DNA of 64,000 bases, from IMG/VR virus record IMGVR_UViG_3300042356_001581. The stretch is one strand, 5' to 3'. The notes beneath the pieces were generated by a model. The model did no database searches and had not been told where the DNA came from. It worked only from the letters and a program-made list of their open reading frames with translations. Shown here in pieces: positions 1 to 10,671 of this stretch (positions are counted from its first letter, which is position 1; every line of letters starts with the position of its first letter). Origin of the DNA: an uncultured virus (IMG/VR IMGVR_UViG_3300042356_001581). Lineage: Duplodnaviria > Heunggongvirae > Uroviricota > Caudoviricetes. A program made the position numbers and the translations under genes.

Positions 1-142
1 TAGGTTATTAAATGTTTTAAAAGAAAGTTTTCAATGTCAAATGGAACTCAAATGGAACTCTCGTGGAACTGTCGTGGAACTGTCGTGGAACTCTCGTGGA
101 ACTCTCGTGGAACTCTCGTGGAACTCTCGTGGAACTAATTAG
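1..142 (+). CDS. 3' end of a CDS truncated by the window start; ends inside the repeat array (possibly a replication protein)
   Basis: Frame 2 is open from position 2 to TAG at 140-142 (RLLNVLKESFQCQMELKWNSRGTVVELSWNSRGT...); function is inferred only from the adjacent iteron-like repeats. Confidence 0.35.
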   Translation, partial: RLLNVLKESFQCQMELKWNSRGTVVELSWNSRGTLVELSWNSRGTN

Positions 143-300
143 ATATGATAATCAATGTGTTAAAGATATTTTTGGAACTATCGTGGAACTGAAGTGGAAC
201 TGGTGTGGAACTGAAGTGGAACTAGAGTGGAACTGAAGTGGAACTGAAGTGGAACTAGAAAAGGGGTGGAAGATTTAAAGAGGGGGACTGGCGTGGAACT
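42..300 (+). repeat. 11-bp-period TGGAACT repeat arrays (iteron-like, putative replication origin)
   Basis: TGGAACT starts at 42,53,64,75,86,97,108,119,130 (9 copies), at 173,184,195,206,217,228,239,250 (8 copies) and at 294; followed by purine/G tracts and an AT-rich stretch. Confidence 0.85.
150..162 (+). promoter_or_regulatory. IHF consensus site between the two repeat arrays
   Basis: AATCAATGTGTTA matches WATCAANNNNTTR exactly. Confidence 0.45.
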
Positions 301-613
301 GAAAAAAAAGGGGAGGGGATTTAAGGAGGGGGGAGAAAAAAAAGAATAAAATAAAACTAATTAAAAAGTTAAAAGTTAAAACTATATTAATATAAAATAA
401 TACACGGATTTACGAAAAATAAATGTTTTTAACACACGCATACAACGTTTAAATGCCTACTTACCAAAAATCTTATTTGATTAGAAAACGGAAAAGATAC
501 CGTTAAAGCTTGGTAAGCACTGATTTTATTGAATTTTCTTATTTGACTGTTATTTGACTATGGAGTTTTAAAAAGTTTTTATACTTATTTAAAATATTTT
601 TTACAAAAACACA

Positions 614-652
614 TTGTTGAACCAAAATAGTTTTATATATTTGTACCAATAA
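614..652 (+). promoter_or_regulatory. Bacteroidota-type promoter with phage ACCAAAATA motif
   Basis: TTG at 614, GAACCAAAATAG 619-630, TATATTTG 636-643, upstream of the ATG at 671. Confidence 0.75.
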
Positions 653-670
653 AGTTAAATAACACTAAAA

Positions 671-940
671 ATGAATACTATTTATAATGTTTATGTCTAT
701 GTCAAATCACAGTCGCAATGCGACAAGTTAAAAAGATTGTGTATTGACAATAATTTGCCTTATGATAAAAATTATTTAAGTTTTGAGTTTCTTTCAAACG
801 GACAAATCGTAAGCGATGACTTCTTTTGCTTTTGGGAAACATACAATTCTTTTTTCGTAAGAAGCACTGGTAAAGCACCACAAGGTAAAATTAAAGTTAC
901 CGAAGAAGAATTTATAGAAATTTTAAATAATGCTAAATAA
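671..940 (+). CDS. hypothetical protein
   Basis: ORF directly downstream of a promoter; first gene of a tightly packed operon. Confidence 0.7.
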   Translation: MNTIYNVYVYVKSQSQCDKLKRLCIDNNLPYDKNYLSFEFLSNGQIVSDDFFCFWETYNSFFVRSTGKAPQGKIKVTEEEFIEILNNAK

Positions 941-1507
941 TGAGAATAGAAGCTAAGGTTACATCTTACACGACAAACAAGGTTTGTTGTAAAAAACATA
1001 AAAGTTTAATTCAAATAACAAGAGTAGAGTGTGTATTAGGAGAATCTTATTCTGCTAAATGCTATGACTGTGGAAAAACTATTGAGGGTTATAGGAATGT
1101 AAAAAACTTATTAGTAACTACCAACCCTTTACTTACACCTTTCTTACTTAACAAAGCAAATCAGAATTAATATGGACTATGTGCAAACAACTATAATAGC
1201 ATTACCTTTATGGTATATCCTTAAGGCTTTAATTGACATCAATAATACCTTAAATAAGAAATAATATGATAAATATGTTTGGACAGTACTTTAGCTCAAT
1301 ACTTATGGAAGTAAGTGATGAAATGGAAGAAGCAAACAAGGCTAACAAGCGCAAAATGCAAGAAGCGATTGATAAGTATTGGGGGGCTTGTAAATATCCT
1401 CGTAAAAAGAAGAAAAAAATACGTAAGGAAGCCCAAAAGGAATATGACTTTTGGTTTTCTATTGACTTATGGTATCAAAAAGAATTTTCATTTTTAAAAT
1501 TATAGTT

Positions 1508-1777
1508 ATGGAATCAGAAAACAAAAAACCAATCCAATTAAGAAACTCTAACCTACCCGCTTTTCCAACTGAATTTAGTTATGGAGATGAAGACTTCACG
1601 GGTCAGCCAATCATAAGCAAAAAGAAGTACGCAGGTATTACAAAGCGTGAATACTTTACCGCTAAAGCATTAGGCGGATTTATGGCAAAACACGGAGCAG
1701 TAGATTTTTCCGAATCGGACGCTGACAGAATTATGGTAGCAGTTGATATGATGTTAGCCAAATGCAAAATGCTATGA
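1508..1777 (+). CDS. hypothetical phage protein (PAFP...GITKREYFTAKAL family)
   Basis: Motif typical of a widespread small phage protein family; probable start MESENKK. Confidence 0.6.
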   Translation: MESENKKPIQLRNSNLPAFPTEFSYGDEDFTGQPIISKKKYAGITKREYFTAKALGGFMAKHGAVDFSESDADRIMVAVDMMLAKCKML

Positions 1778-2134
1778 GAAAGAAAATAGTTATTGTAGAA
1801 AGAGGCGAAGATGGAATTGCAATTCTTGATACGCCTAAAAAAAGGATTTTATTTATACTTATGATGGTTTTTATGTTTGTTTTTACCGTAATATGTTATT
1901 TAACGCCTATATGGCTTGTGTATTGGATTTTTACAGGTAGGAGTTTATTCAAGATAATTTTTAGTACTGACGAATTATGATAAAGTGGGGGTATAAAACC
2001 GTTTTTGGAAATATTTCCGATAGAAAACTAAACTAACTTGGCAACGATGGTTGGGAATTGGTTGCGGTTGAGCCAAACGAAAACACCGTGTTAAGAAGAT
2101 GTTATTTTAAAAGACAAATTAAATAAGTATAGAT

Positions 2135-2458
2135 ATGAAAGCAACGGAATTTAGAATAGGCAATTTAGTTAGTTGGAAAAATAGTGGTAAAGAATTTGAA
2201 ATAACGCTACAATCTCTATACAATGCAAATTTAGATTGGAAGCCACTCCCGATAACAAAAGAAATGTTGTTGAGATTTGGTTTTAAAGAATGTCAGTTAG
2301 GTGGTTTAATTATTAAAACTGACGAATACGAATATATAGAATTTAATTCTTTTTTGCTTTGTTGGGTAAACGGAACTAAAAAGCCAATTAAATATGTGCA
2401 TCAACTTCAGAATTTATACTTTGCGTTGACGCAAAAGGAATTAAAATTTAAAGAATAA
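2135..2458 (+). CDS. conserved hypothetical Bacteroidota phage protein
   Basis: EFRIGNLV...IKYVHQLQNLYFALT signature. Confidence 0.65.
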   Translation: MKATEFRIGNLVSWKNSGKEFEITLQSLYNANLDWKPLPITKEMLLRFGFKECQLGGLIIKTDEYEYIEFNSFLLCWVNGTKKPIKYVHQLQNLYFALTQKELKFKE

Positions 2459-2673
2459 TTTTATGAAATATTTACTTTTAATTTTAATAGCAACCTTGTT
2501 AATTTCTTGTTCGGTTGAACAAAGAATAAAAGACTACTCTTATACAGATGAATGGTATTTTGTAGATGGATTTAGGTATCAAGTTTATAAAACAAAATCA
2601 AGTGTTAGATATATAATTAGGCTTAATAAAAGACAAACAGTATTTAAAAGAGAATATATTAAAACACCTTAAA

Positions 2674-3612
2674 ATGGAAAACATACACGTAATACCAACA
2701 CCAAATCAAAGTAGGTTATATCTAACAAAAGAAGGATTTTATTTTTTATTACCAAATATCAAAGGTAATGATGTCAAGTTTCAAAACATCTGCATCACTT
2801 CTGATGAAGAAATTAAAGTAGGAAATTGGGCATTATATACAAAAGGAATAAAAATTCACTACATTAAAATTACTAATAGTGGAGATGAAGAATTGGCTAA
2901 TATTAAAGACTCAGGTGTTTTCAAAATAATCCTAACAACAGACCAAGAGCTAATCCAAGATGGTGTACAAGCTATTCCTGATGAGTTTTTATGCTGGTTC
3001 ATAAAGAATCCAAGTTGTGAGAGTGTTGAGGTTTATCATTCAAAAATAGATGAAGCAAGACCTTATATGTATTATTTGAATGTTCCAAAAGAAGAACCTA
3101 AAACTGCTTGGGTAGGAGTATTACACGATAAGTTAAATGAATATTATCCAGCAAAATATGAACTAAAAGACATTTATCAAGGACAAGGATGTTTACCTAA
3201 TTTTCCAAATGAAGAACTTTGTCAAATTTGGTGTGACTCTAAATATAAAGTAGAACCTAAACCTTTTAAAGATATGCGACAATTAACAGAATTTGATTTA
3301 GAAAACTTAAATAAATCTTTAAAAAAAGGTATTGAACCTAAACAAGAATGTGAATGTACAGATGAATGTTTAGGATATTTGACAAAAGAATGTAAAAGGA
3401 TTGAAGAGCCTAAACAAGAAAAAGAAAGAGGTATTACTATTACTAATGTAGGTAAACAAGAAACACTTGAAGAACACAATTATCTACAAGGATTTATAAA
3501 TCAGTTTGAAGAAGAGGGAGAACACCAAGAACTATCAAATGAAGATTGGACTGTTAGTCAGTTTCTTAAATGGCTAAAATTAAATAACTTTAAAATTATA
3601 AAAAAAAAATAA
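2674..3612 (+). CDS. modular hypothetical protein, paralog of 3939..4919
   Basis: Shares the NIHVIPT...ILTTDQELIQDGVQAIPDEFL.WF.KNPSCE domain and the KQETLEE module. Confidence 0.75.
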   Translation: MENIHVIPTPNQSRLYLTKEGFYFLLPNIKGNDVKFQNICITSDEEIKVGNWALYTKGIKIHYIKITNSGDEELANIKDSGVFKIILTTDQELIQDGVQAIPDEFLCWFIKNPSCESVEVYHSKIDEARPYMYYLNVPKEEPKTAWVGVLHDKLNEYYPAKYELKDIYQGQGCLPNFPNEELCQIWCDSKYKVEPKPFKDMRQLTEFDLENLNKSLKKGIEPKQECECTDECLGYLTKECKRIEEPKQEKERGITITNVGKQETLEEHNYLQGFINQFEEEGEHQELSNEDWTVSQFLKWLKLNNFKIIKKK

Positions 3613-3709
3613 CTTATAGACTAAGTGCAGGAAATGTTTTTATAAACAGAGTATCAACTCCACGTTGTGCTTTTTACTTGCACTTTGGTTTATTTAAAAC
3701 TAATTAAAA

Positions 3710-3970
3710 ATGAAACAAGAAACACTTGAAGAAGCAGTTGAATTATTCTTTAGAAAGAAAGATGCTAAAAATTGCACTCTTTATAAAGCTGCTAAATTTG
3801 GTGTTAAATGGCAACAAGAACAAGAAAATACTGCAAACGATATACTAAATTACATTTTGACAAATGATGATGGTGTTGGAATTGCATTAGGATATAATTC
3901 AAGAGAAATGATAGAACAACATTTTAAAAATATAAATTATGAAAAACATACACGTAATACCAACAGATAA
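3710..3970 (+). CDS. KQETLEEA-family minigene
   Basis: Shared modules KQETLEEA and KWQQE. Confidence 0.7.
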   Translation: MKQETLEEAVELFFRKKDAKNCTLYKAAKFGVKWQQEQENTANDILNYILTNDDGVGIALGYNSREMIEQHFKNINYEKHTRNTNR

Positions 3971-4919
3971 ACCAAGTAGGTTTTGGATGACTAAATTAGG
4001 TAATCTAACAAGATGTCACGATATAAAACCTATCAAAGAAGCATTAGGAAATAATGTAAACATCTCAATCACTAATGATGAAGAAATTAAAAAAGGAGAT
4101 TACTTCTATTCTTTATTTCAAGGGGAAGAAAGAATATTGAAATACAATAAATTTGTAATACCTTTTCCTAAAGATAAAAAAATCATCCTAACAGACAACC
4201 AAGACTTAATCCAAAATGGTGTACAAGCTATTCCTGATGAATTTTTAGAATGGTTTGTTAAAAATCCAAGTTGTGAGATGGTTAAGATTGATAGTTATAA
4301 AACCATTTTTCATAGTTGGATTTACAAAATCATCATTCCAAAAGAAGATTTTGATTTTGATGAATTACATTATAAAGAAACATTTGAAAGTCGTCAATAC
4401 TACATTCCAAAAGAAGAACCTAAACAATTATTTACTGATTATCCAATTACTGAATTAGGTGATGAGGAATTTAAAGAATCACCAATAAGAGAATGTGAGT
4501 TACTTTCTTATGATGATAATAAATATTGCTATGTAAAAGTAGAAGGTATTGAAAAAGAAATTAAACGTTGTTACATATACCCACAAAAAGGTAGATGCGG
4601 TGACGTTGATTGTGTATCAATTGATGAAATAAAAGAGTTGTTAAAAGAAGAACCTAAACAAGAAACACTTGAAGAAGCTACTGAAAGAGTATTAGCTAAC
4701 AATATTGATGGTTTAAAAGATGCTTTACAAGATGATGATTTATTTTTCTTTTATAAAGGTGTCATTCAATGTTATGGAGAAGCTATGGCTAAATACCAAT
4801 CTGAAAGAATGTATAGTGAGGAAGAAGTAATAAATGCTTTTAATGAAGGTCAAGCCTTAAATGTTAGGGGCAAATTAATTCAAGGGAAAGAATGGTTTGA
4901 ACAAAATAAAAAGAAATAA
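3939..4919 (+). CDS. modular hypothetical protein
   Basis: N-domain shared with 2674..3612; C-terminal KQETLEEA / RMYSEEEV / EWFEQNKKK modules. Confidence 0.75.
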   Translation: MKNIHVIPTDKPSRFWMTKLGNLTRCHDIKPIKEALGNNVNISITNDEEIKKGDYFYSLFQGEERILKYNKFVIPFPKDKKIILTDNQDLIQNGVQAIPDEFLEWFVKNPSCEMVKIDSYKTIFHSWIYKIIIPKEDFDFDELHYKETFESRQYYIPKEEPKQLFTDYPITELGDEEFKESPIRECELLSYDDNKYCYVKVEGIEKEIKRCYIYPQKGRCGDVDCVSIDEIKELLKEEPKQETLEEATERVLANNIDGLKDALQDDDLFFFYKGVIQCYGEAMAKYQSERMYSEEEVINAFNEGQALNVRGKLIQGKEWFEQNKKK

Positions 4920-4920
4920 T

Positions 4921-5160
4921 ATGAAAGAAACAATTGAAGAAGGTGATGAAATAATAACAACAACTAAATTTAGTTGGGAACAAGAAAGAATGTATAGCGA
5001 AAAACAAATGGATGATGCCTATGACAAAGGATTTAAAGATGCTACTGAAAAAATGTATAGTGAGGAGGAAGTAAAAAAATTATTATCTAAATTCCACATT
5101 GTAAGCGATGGTACTAAGAAATTTGAAGAGGAATGGTTTGAACGAAATAAAAAGAAATAA
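4921..5160 (+). CDS. RMYSEEEV-family minigene
   Basis: Probable start ATG 4921; two MYSE modules; ends EWFERNKKK. Confidence 0.7.
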   Translation: MKETIEEGDEIITTTKFSWEQERMYSEKQMDDAYDKGFKDATEKMYSEEEVKKLLSKFHIVSDGTKKFEEEWFERNKKK

Positions 5161-5271
5161 GATGGAAAAATTTATAAAAGAATGGGGGTTATCTATTGTT
5201 GTATATGGTGGATTAATTGTTTTTTTTGTTTTTTTATTATTTGGAATATTAACAATTTAAAAAGAAATAAG

Positions 5272-5472
5272 ATGAAATTAACACTTGAAGAAGCAAAGGA
5301 AAGATATTTAGATTCTCCATTACCTCATTCATACAAGTTAGCAGTAGAATTTGGTGCTAAATGGCAACAAGAAAGAATGTATAGTGAGGAAGAAGTATTA
5401 GAATTACTGACAAAAGCTCACTTTGTTGGACAAAATATAGTAGAATGGTTTGAACAAAATAAAAAGAAATAA
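5272..5472 (+). CDS. KQETLEEA/RMYSEEEV-family minigene
   Basis: Probable start ATG 5272 (MKLTLEEA...KWQQERMYSEEEV...EWFEQNKKK). Confidence 0.7.
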   Translation: MKLTLEEAKERYLDSPLPHSYKLAVEFGAKWQQERMYSEEEVLELLTKAHFVGQNIVEWFEQNKKK

Positions 5473-5473
5473 T

Positions 5474-5731
5474 ATGAAAAAATTAGCATTAATATCCATA
5501 CTATTTGCAACAATGGTAAGTTGTTCAGCAGATGAAATAAAAAAAGAAGAGCAAAAAAAAGACTGCAATTGCAATAGAGTTGTTCAAATTTTTACATTGA
5601 ATGTAGTTGCTGGAAATGGTAACGTAGGCACAACCAAAATGTATAAATATATAACTATAAACGACTGTAATGGAGTGCAACGTGAAAGCGGATGGAGTAC
5701 TGGTGTAGTGAAAGAAAATGAATGTAGATAA
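5474..5731 (+). CDS. putative lipoprotein
   Basis: Lipobox-like signal MKKLALISILFATMVSC; Cys-rich mature part. Confidence 0.6.
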   Translation: MKKLALISILFATMVSCSADEIKKEEQKKDCNCNRVVQIFTLNVVAGNGNVGTTKMYKYITINDCNGVQRESGWSTGVVKENECR

Positions 5732-5878
5732 AAAAAAGAAATAAGATTATGTATCACGAGAGTAAACACAATCAAAAAATGCAAAACATATTGTGGATTA
5801 TAATTATTGCATTTGTATTTTTAATTAAATTAATATTCAGCCAAATCGTTAATTGAAAAATTTAAAAAAAATCACATA

Positions 5879-6256
5879 ATGCAAGAATTAAATAATTCAG
5901 AAAAAATAATTCGGAAGTGTTGTAAATGCCAAAAGGAAAAAGAACTTAGCAAGGAAAATTTTAATTTTTACACAAGTAGGTTGCATAGAGGTATTCTATC
6001 TTATTTTAGAAGAGAATGTAGAGAATGTTTTAATCTTTATATGAAGAAATATAATTTAAGAAAAAGAGATAATAGAAAGGAAGATGATAAAAAATACGCA
6101 AAAAAAATGAGAGATAATATTACCGATAGGTATATTGTTAAACTAATTAAGCGTGATGATAAAAGCATAAGTGTTTCGGATTTAAAAAAGAATAAAGAAC
6201 TAATAGAGCTTTACAGATTAAGATTAATGTTAAAAAGGGGATTAAAAAATGATTGA
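5879..6256 (+). CDS. zinc-binding protein
   Basis: CCKC...CREC motif pair followed by a basic helix. Confidence 0.55.
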   Translation: MQELNNSEKIIRKCCKCQKEKELSKENFNFYTSRLHRGILSYFRRECRECFNLYMKKYNLRKRDNRKEDDKKYAKKMRDNITDRYIVKLIKRDDKSISVSDLKKNKELIELYRLRLMLKRGLKND

Positions 6257-7735
6257 GAAATTAAAAGAATTAATAGGTAAAAAAATTTCTTATAAAGACA
6301 AAGAAATTTTAATTAAAAATGTCAAAAGAGTTAGTGGTATTTATGTTGTATTAACAGACCATAAAGCCTATAATTTTTTTGAAAGCGAAGTTCCTTTTTT
6401 TTTAAAGGAAGTGATAGAGATACCAAGAGTAAAAGTTAAACCACAAATATTAGAAAAACGAAAAATGGAATTACAGAAAAACGAGAGTACAACAGAAATA
6501 GTGAGAACAGAGAATGTTAATTTAGACATCAAAACAGTTTTGTTTGATGTACTTGAAAAAGTTAGAACTGATAAAAGTTTTATACCTCAAGCTAACGCAA
6601 TTTGCAATGTCGTTACGCAAATGATTAATGTTCAGAAGTTAGAAATACAATTAAAAAAGAAATAAGATATGTTTCCATACGCCATTATTAGTGCTTCAAG
6701 ACTTCTTGGTAATAAAAAAGAGTATCAATCAAAACTGCCTTTAATACAAACCTTGCCAAACTATATTCAAATGCCTACTATTCAGTTCTATTATTTGCTG
6801 GTCAAAAAGTCTGAAAAAGTTGGTGTTTTGGAAATGTCTGATATGATTGTAAATTGGCAAAATTTTGATAGCCTTTCAGAAAATAAAAAAATAAGATTTG
6901 TTAAGGAAACAATTGAGCCTGAATATTACTCTATTATAAACAGAATAAAAAGACTATTTAAAAATAAATAAGATTATGGCAAAATTTGACGTTAAATTTA
7001 AAGAAGAATAATTATGCGACTTTCAGATTTTCAAAAAATTCAAGAGAAAGATAAAATAGAAATTACCAAGCAACAACAAGCTGAAATTCAAAAAGTTTTT
7101 GATAATAGAATTATACCTCAAAAGAATCACACGTTGTTTGAGTACAATTTAATAGACAAGTCGATTGAAGTTGCAGTCTTTGATAGTTTACCTGAAATAA
7201 AATGGGAAGATGCCGTAAAAGGCTTAATATCGACTAATAGAAAAATAACACGAAAAGATAATTGTATTTACATCTCTGCTTTAAACAAAGCTAATGTAAT
7301 TAAAATACTTGCTCGTGATTTCAAAATTAATATTTAAAATTATGTTAGTAAACCTGTTTGATTTGATTTGGGTGCTGTTGGAATTAGTATTTAAAAAATT
7401 TATAAAATAGTAATTTATGATGCTACAATTAAACCCAATGATTCCCATAATTAGGGTTTCTGACAATATGGAAGGCTATGCGTTTCTAGTTATTGATTAT
7501 TCCCAAGAGCATAACTTATTATTTACTTGCGCAATGAACAATGGCGAAATTTGGACTTTACCTAATCAAGAGATAAGATTTGATAAAAATTTGTCTTTAA
7601 ATAGACTAAAATGAAATTAAGCTAAATATGTCTTTCACTTACAAATAAATTTTTCAACATCTTTAAAAATATTAACTTTTTTCGATATAATTTTTTAAAA
7701 ATAAAAAGTTTTTATACTTTTTTTTGCATAAAAGT

Positions 7736-7780
7736 TTTGTAGAACCAAAATACTTTTTATCTTTGCTGTAAGAAACTTAA
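7736..7780 (+). promoter_or_regulatory. Bacteroidota-type promoter with phage motif
   Basis: TTTG 7736-7739, GAACCAAAATAC 7742-7753, TATCTTTG 7758-7765, then AAGAAACTTAA. Confidence 0.75.
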
Positions 7781-8445
7781 AAAACAACAAAAAACTATGG
7801 AAGCTATCAATTTTACTATCGACAACAACGACTTGAAGTGTTTGTTCATTGCTTGTGATTTCAAAAAGAGTTTTAGCGAATTCGTAAAAGAATGTGAGCA
7901 AGGTTATCGTCTTTACCACAAAAGGAATTTAGATAATTTACAGAAATATGGTCAACCTAAGACCTATTCTCAATGGATTAATGGTCAGACAATATCATTA
8001 ACATAATACTGACCAATAAACTCTCTAAGGAACTTATAAAAACAACAAAAAATGGAAAATACAACTTTGGAAAACAATAAAATGTTAGCCGATTTTTTAG
8101 GTAGAAAAGGAAATTTAGTTAAAACACTTTGGGCTTTTAAAGGAATAGAAAAAGATGGTCAAGTATGGTTTAATGAAACCGAACTTAGATTTAATGTAGA
8201 TTGGAATTGGTTAATTTTGTTAGTAGATAAAATTTCAGAAAACGATTTTGTTGATGAATTTGAAATTAAAAAATGTTCAATATATGGTAATATTGTAAAA
8301 ATAATGCCCTCCAAAAAAAATACGTTTGACGGTTTTTATTTTGATTCGAGTAAAGAAAATTTAATGGAAGTCGTTTACAATTCTTGTGTTGAATTCGTAA
8401 AATGGTATAATACACAAAAGTAAAAACCCACGAAACTTAATAACA

Positions 8446-10197
8446 ATGGAAAATAGTAATAAATTAACCTTAACAAGTCAAGAGGTTGAATTCAGAAACG
8501 GAGAGATAGTCAATGTTGAAATTGGCGATTTGCTTATGTTCACTAGCGATACAAGAGAGGTTGTCGCAATCGAAAAAGAAAACGGCTACATTCGATTTGT
8601 AACTAAAGGAGGGAGATACGGAAGCGATACAAGTTTAAGTGATGTAAGCTCTTATGCAACGGTTCTAAAAGGTTGTAAATTAGAGGAATTAGAAAACGTA
8701 GCTAATTCGATTATGGCAGGTACTTTTAATCCTGATGACTTCAAAGAAAAAGATAACTCTAATCAACAATCAGGACTGTTAGTAATGAATGTTGATGTTT
8801 TCAAAGATGCTATGGTTAAAGCCAAACATACAGAGGTTATGGTTAGTGCTATCAGAAGATTGGTGGAACAAAAAACAGATGCTATTAGAAGCCGAATGAA
8901 TGGTGTTATTAATCATTATCAAAAAATAGTCAAAAGACTTAACGGTGTGATTTTTACTCTTGAATTATACGCAGGTATCAAAGAAAACATCAAGCAAATT
9001 CAAAGCGGTACTCTTGCAAACGATGACGAGCCTATCTACCTTAATCAATTGATGAAATTTATGGACGAAGAAGTTGGCGACCCATCCAACGGAGGTCTTT
9101 CTTTTAAGAACTTGGACGATTTTGACAATTGGCTATTAGCTAAAAACGATTATACAAATTCCTTCAACTATGAGTTTCTTTTGCCTCAAAAGAAATCAGT
9201 TAGAATTATGCGAGTTCGTAGAAGTATGAGTGATAAATACAGTCGTGATGTTTTTAATAATTATTGGGAAATTCAGCAAGAAATGATGACTTATATAATC
9301 ATTAGAAATGGAGAAAATTTCTATACTATAAGCAGTCAAATGCAGTTTTCTGAAAAACTATTTCCTAACGAAAAAGAACTTACGGCTATTTATCAAAAAA
9401 GCAACGAAGAGGAAATTTTTGACGCATTAGAGAATTATAAAAACGGTATGGTTTTGATGCAGGGTCTTATAGACCGAACAGAGGTTTTCGGAAGTCTTTT
9501 TGGTAAAGTTAGTTTCCTTACTACAAAGTCTTCGGACGAGGGTTCGGTTGTTTTTCAATATGAAATGGACGAAGACAAAATGATTACTGACGGAAGCAAA
9601 TCTTTTATAGACTTTTTGGACACAACTAATGTTCAGGCAGGAGACAGAATACTTCTTTATCAAGCGGAATCAGATAAGTACAGATTCTATAACAAATATT
9701 GTGCAAGTGATTATAATTATCCTCCACGCCCTAAAGACGGTATCTATAAATTAGATTTTGACAAAGACTATAATTGCTTGTATTTAAGATACAATCCAAA
9801 AGATATTGTTTGGGGAAAAGGCTACAAAACTAACGAAAGAAAAAACAGAGTATCTTACAGAATAGATTCTAATGAATGGAATACTGTAAATATAGATAGT
9901 GTTTCTCATAGAGATATTGATTGGCTTACCAATATGCTTTATGATAGACGTGACAGAAAAAAATATTTAAGAGCAGTTGGTATGCTTTTGAGTTTAAAGA
10001 AATTCAAAGTAGCCGAATTAGAAGAGGAAAGACCTTTTACGCTTATGATTATGTCGCACACTCAAAAAAGTGAGTTAGAAGTTTTAGATGCCGTGCATTG
10101 GTGGAAAACCAAGAACAAACATAAAAGACCTCTCACTCAAGACGATGCAAAAGCGTTCAGAATGATTGTTAAAGAACTTAACCGTACTGACAAATGA
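8446..10197 (+). CDS. large hypothetical protein (583 aa) with a coiled-coil region
   Basis: Long ORF; no motif recognised. Confidence 0.8.
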   Translation: MENSNKLTLTSQEVEFRNGEIVNVEIGDLLMFTSDTREVVAIEKENGYIRFVTKGGRYGSDTSLSDVSSYATVLKGCKLEELENVANSIMAGTFNPDDFKEKDNSNQQSGLLVMNVDVFKDAMVKAKHTEVMVSAIRRLVEQKTDAIRSRMNGVINHYQKIVKRLNGVIFTLELYAGIKENIKQIQSGTLANDDEPIYLNQLMKFMDEEVGDPSNGGLSFKNLDDFDNWLLAKNDYTNSFNYEFLLPQKKSVRIMRVRRSMSDKYSRDVFNNYWEIQQEMMTYIIIRNGENFYTISSQMQFSEKLFPNEKELTAIYQKSNEEEIFDALENYKNGMVLMQGLIDRTEVFGSLFGKVSFLTTKSSDEGSVVFQYEMDEDKMITDGSKSFIDFLDTTNVQAGDRILLYQAESDKYRFYNKYCASDYNYPPRPKDGIYKLDFDKDYNCLYLRYNPKDIVWGKGYKTNERKNRVSYRIDSNEWNTVNIDSVSHRDIDWLTNMLYDRRDRKKYLRAVGMLLSLKKFKVAELEEERPFTLMIMSHTQKSELEVLDAVHWWKTKNKHKRPLTQDDAKAFRMIVKELNRTDK

Positions 10198-10308
10198 ACG
10201 CTTTAAATCCAACTTGCTACAACTGCGGAAAGCCTCTAAAAAATGTAGGTTTAAATAACAACGGCTTTCCTAAATTTAAAAACTGTAAATGCTTAAAAAA
10301 CAAACAAA

Positions 10309-10671
10309 ATGGAAAAAATCAGGGCGATAAATAACATATCTCTTCAGGATATGAATGGCGAAATTTGGAAAGACGTAATTGATTATGAGGGTATTTATAA
10401 AATATCTAATTATGGTAGAGTAAAATCTTTAAGAAGATTGTACGAGGCTGTTGCTTGGGTAAAATATAGAGAGGAGGCTATTCTTAAAATAAACATACAA
10501 AATATAAGAATACTTGTTAACTTATCTAAAAAAGCCGTAAACAAAAACTTTGAAGTTAAAGAATTGGTAGCCACTCATTTTGTGTTAAACCCTAATAATT
10601 TTTCAAAAGTTATTAATATTAATGGCGACCGTTTGAATAACAGGTTTTCTAATTTAGAATGGGTTGAATAA
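10309..10671 (+). CDS. NUMOD4 plus degenerate HNH endonuclease
   Basis: EIWKDVIDYEGIYKISNYGRVKS (NUMOD4); VININGDRLNNRFSNLEWV is HNH-like but lacks the catalytic His. Confidence 0.8.
   Translation: MEKIRAINNISLQDMNGEIWKDVIDYEGIYKISNYGRVKSLRRLYEAVAWVKYREEAILKINIQNIRILVNLSKKAVNKNFEVKELVATHFVLNPNNFSKVININGDRLNNRFSNLEWVE

Noticed and set aside
42..300. CRISPR array
   Set aside because: Period is 11 bp with 4-nt variable parts; there are no spacer-length unique sequences and no cas genes
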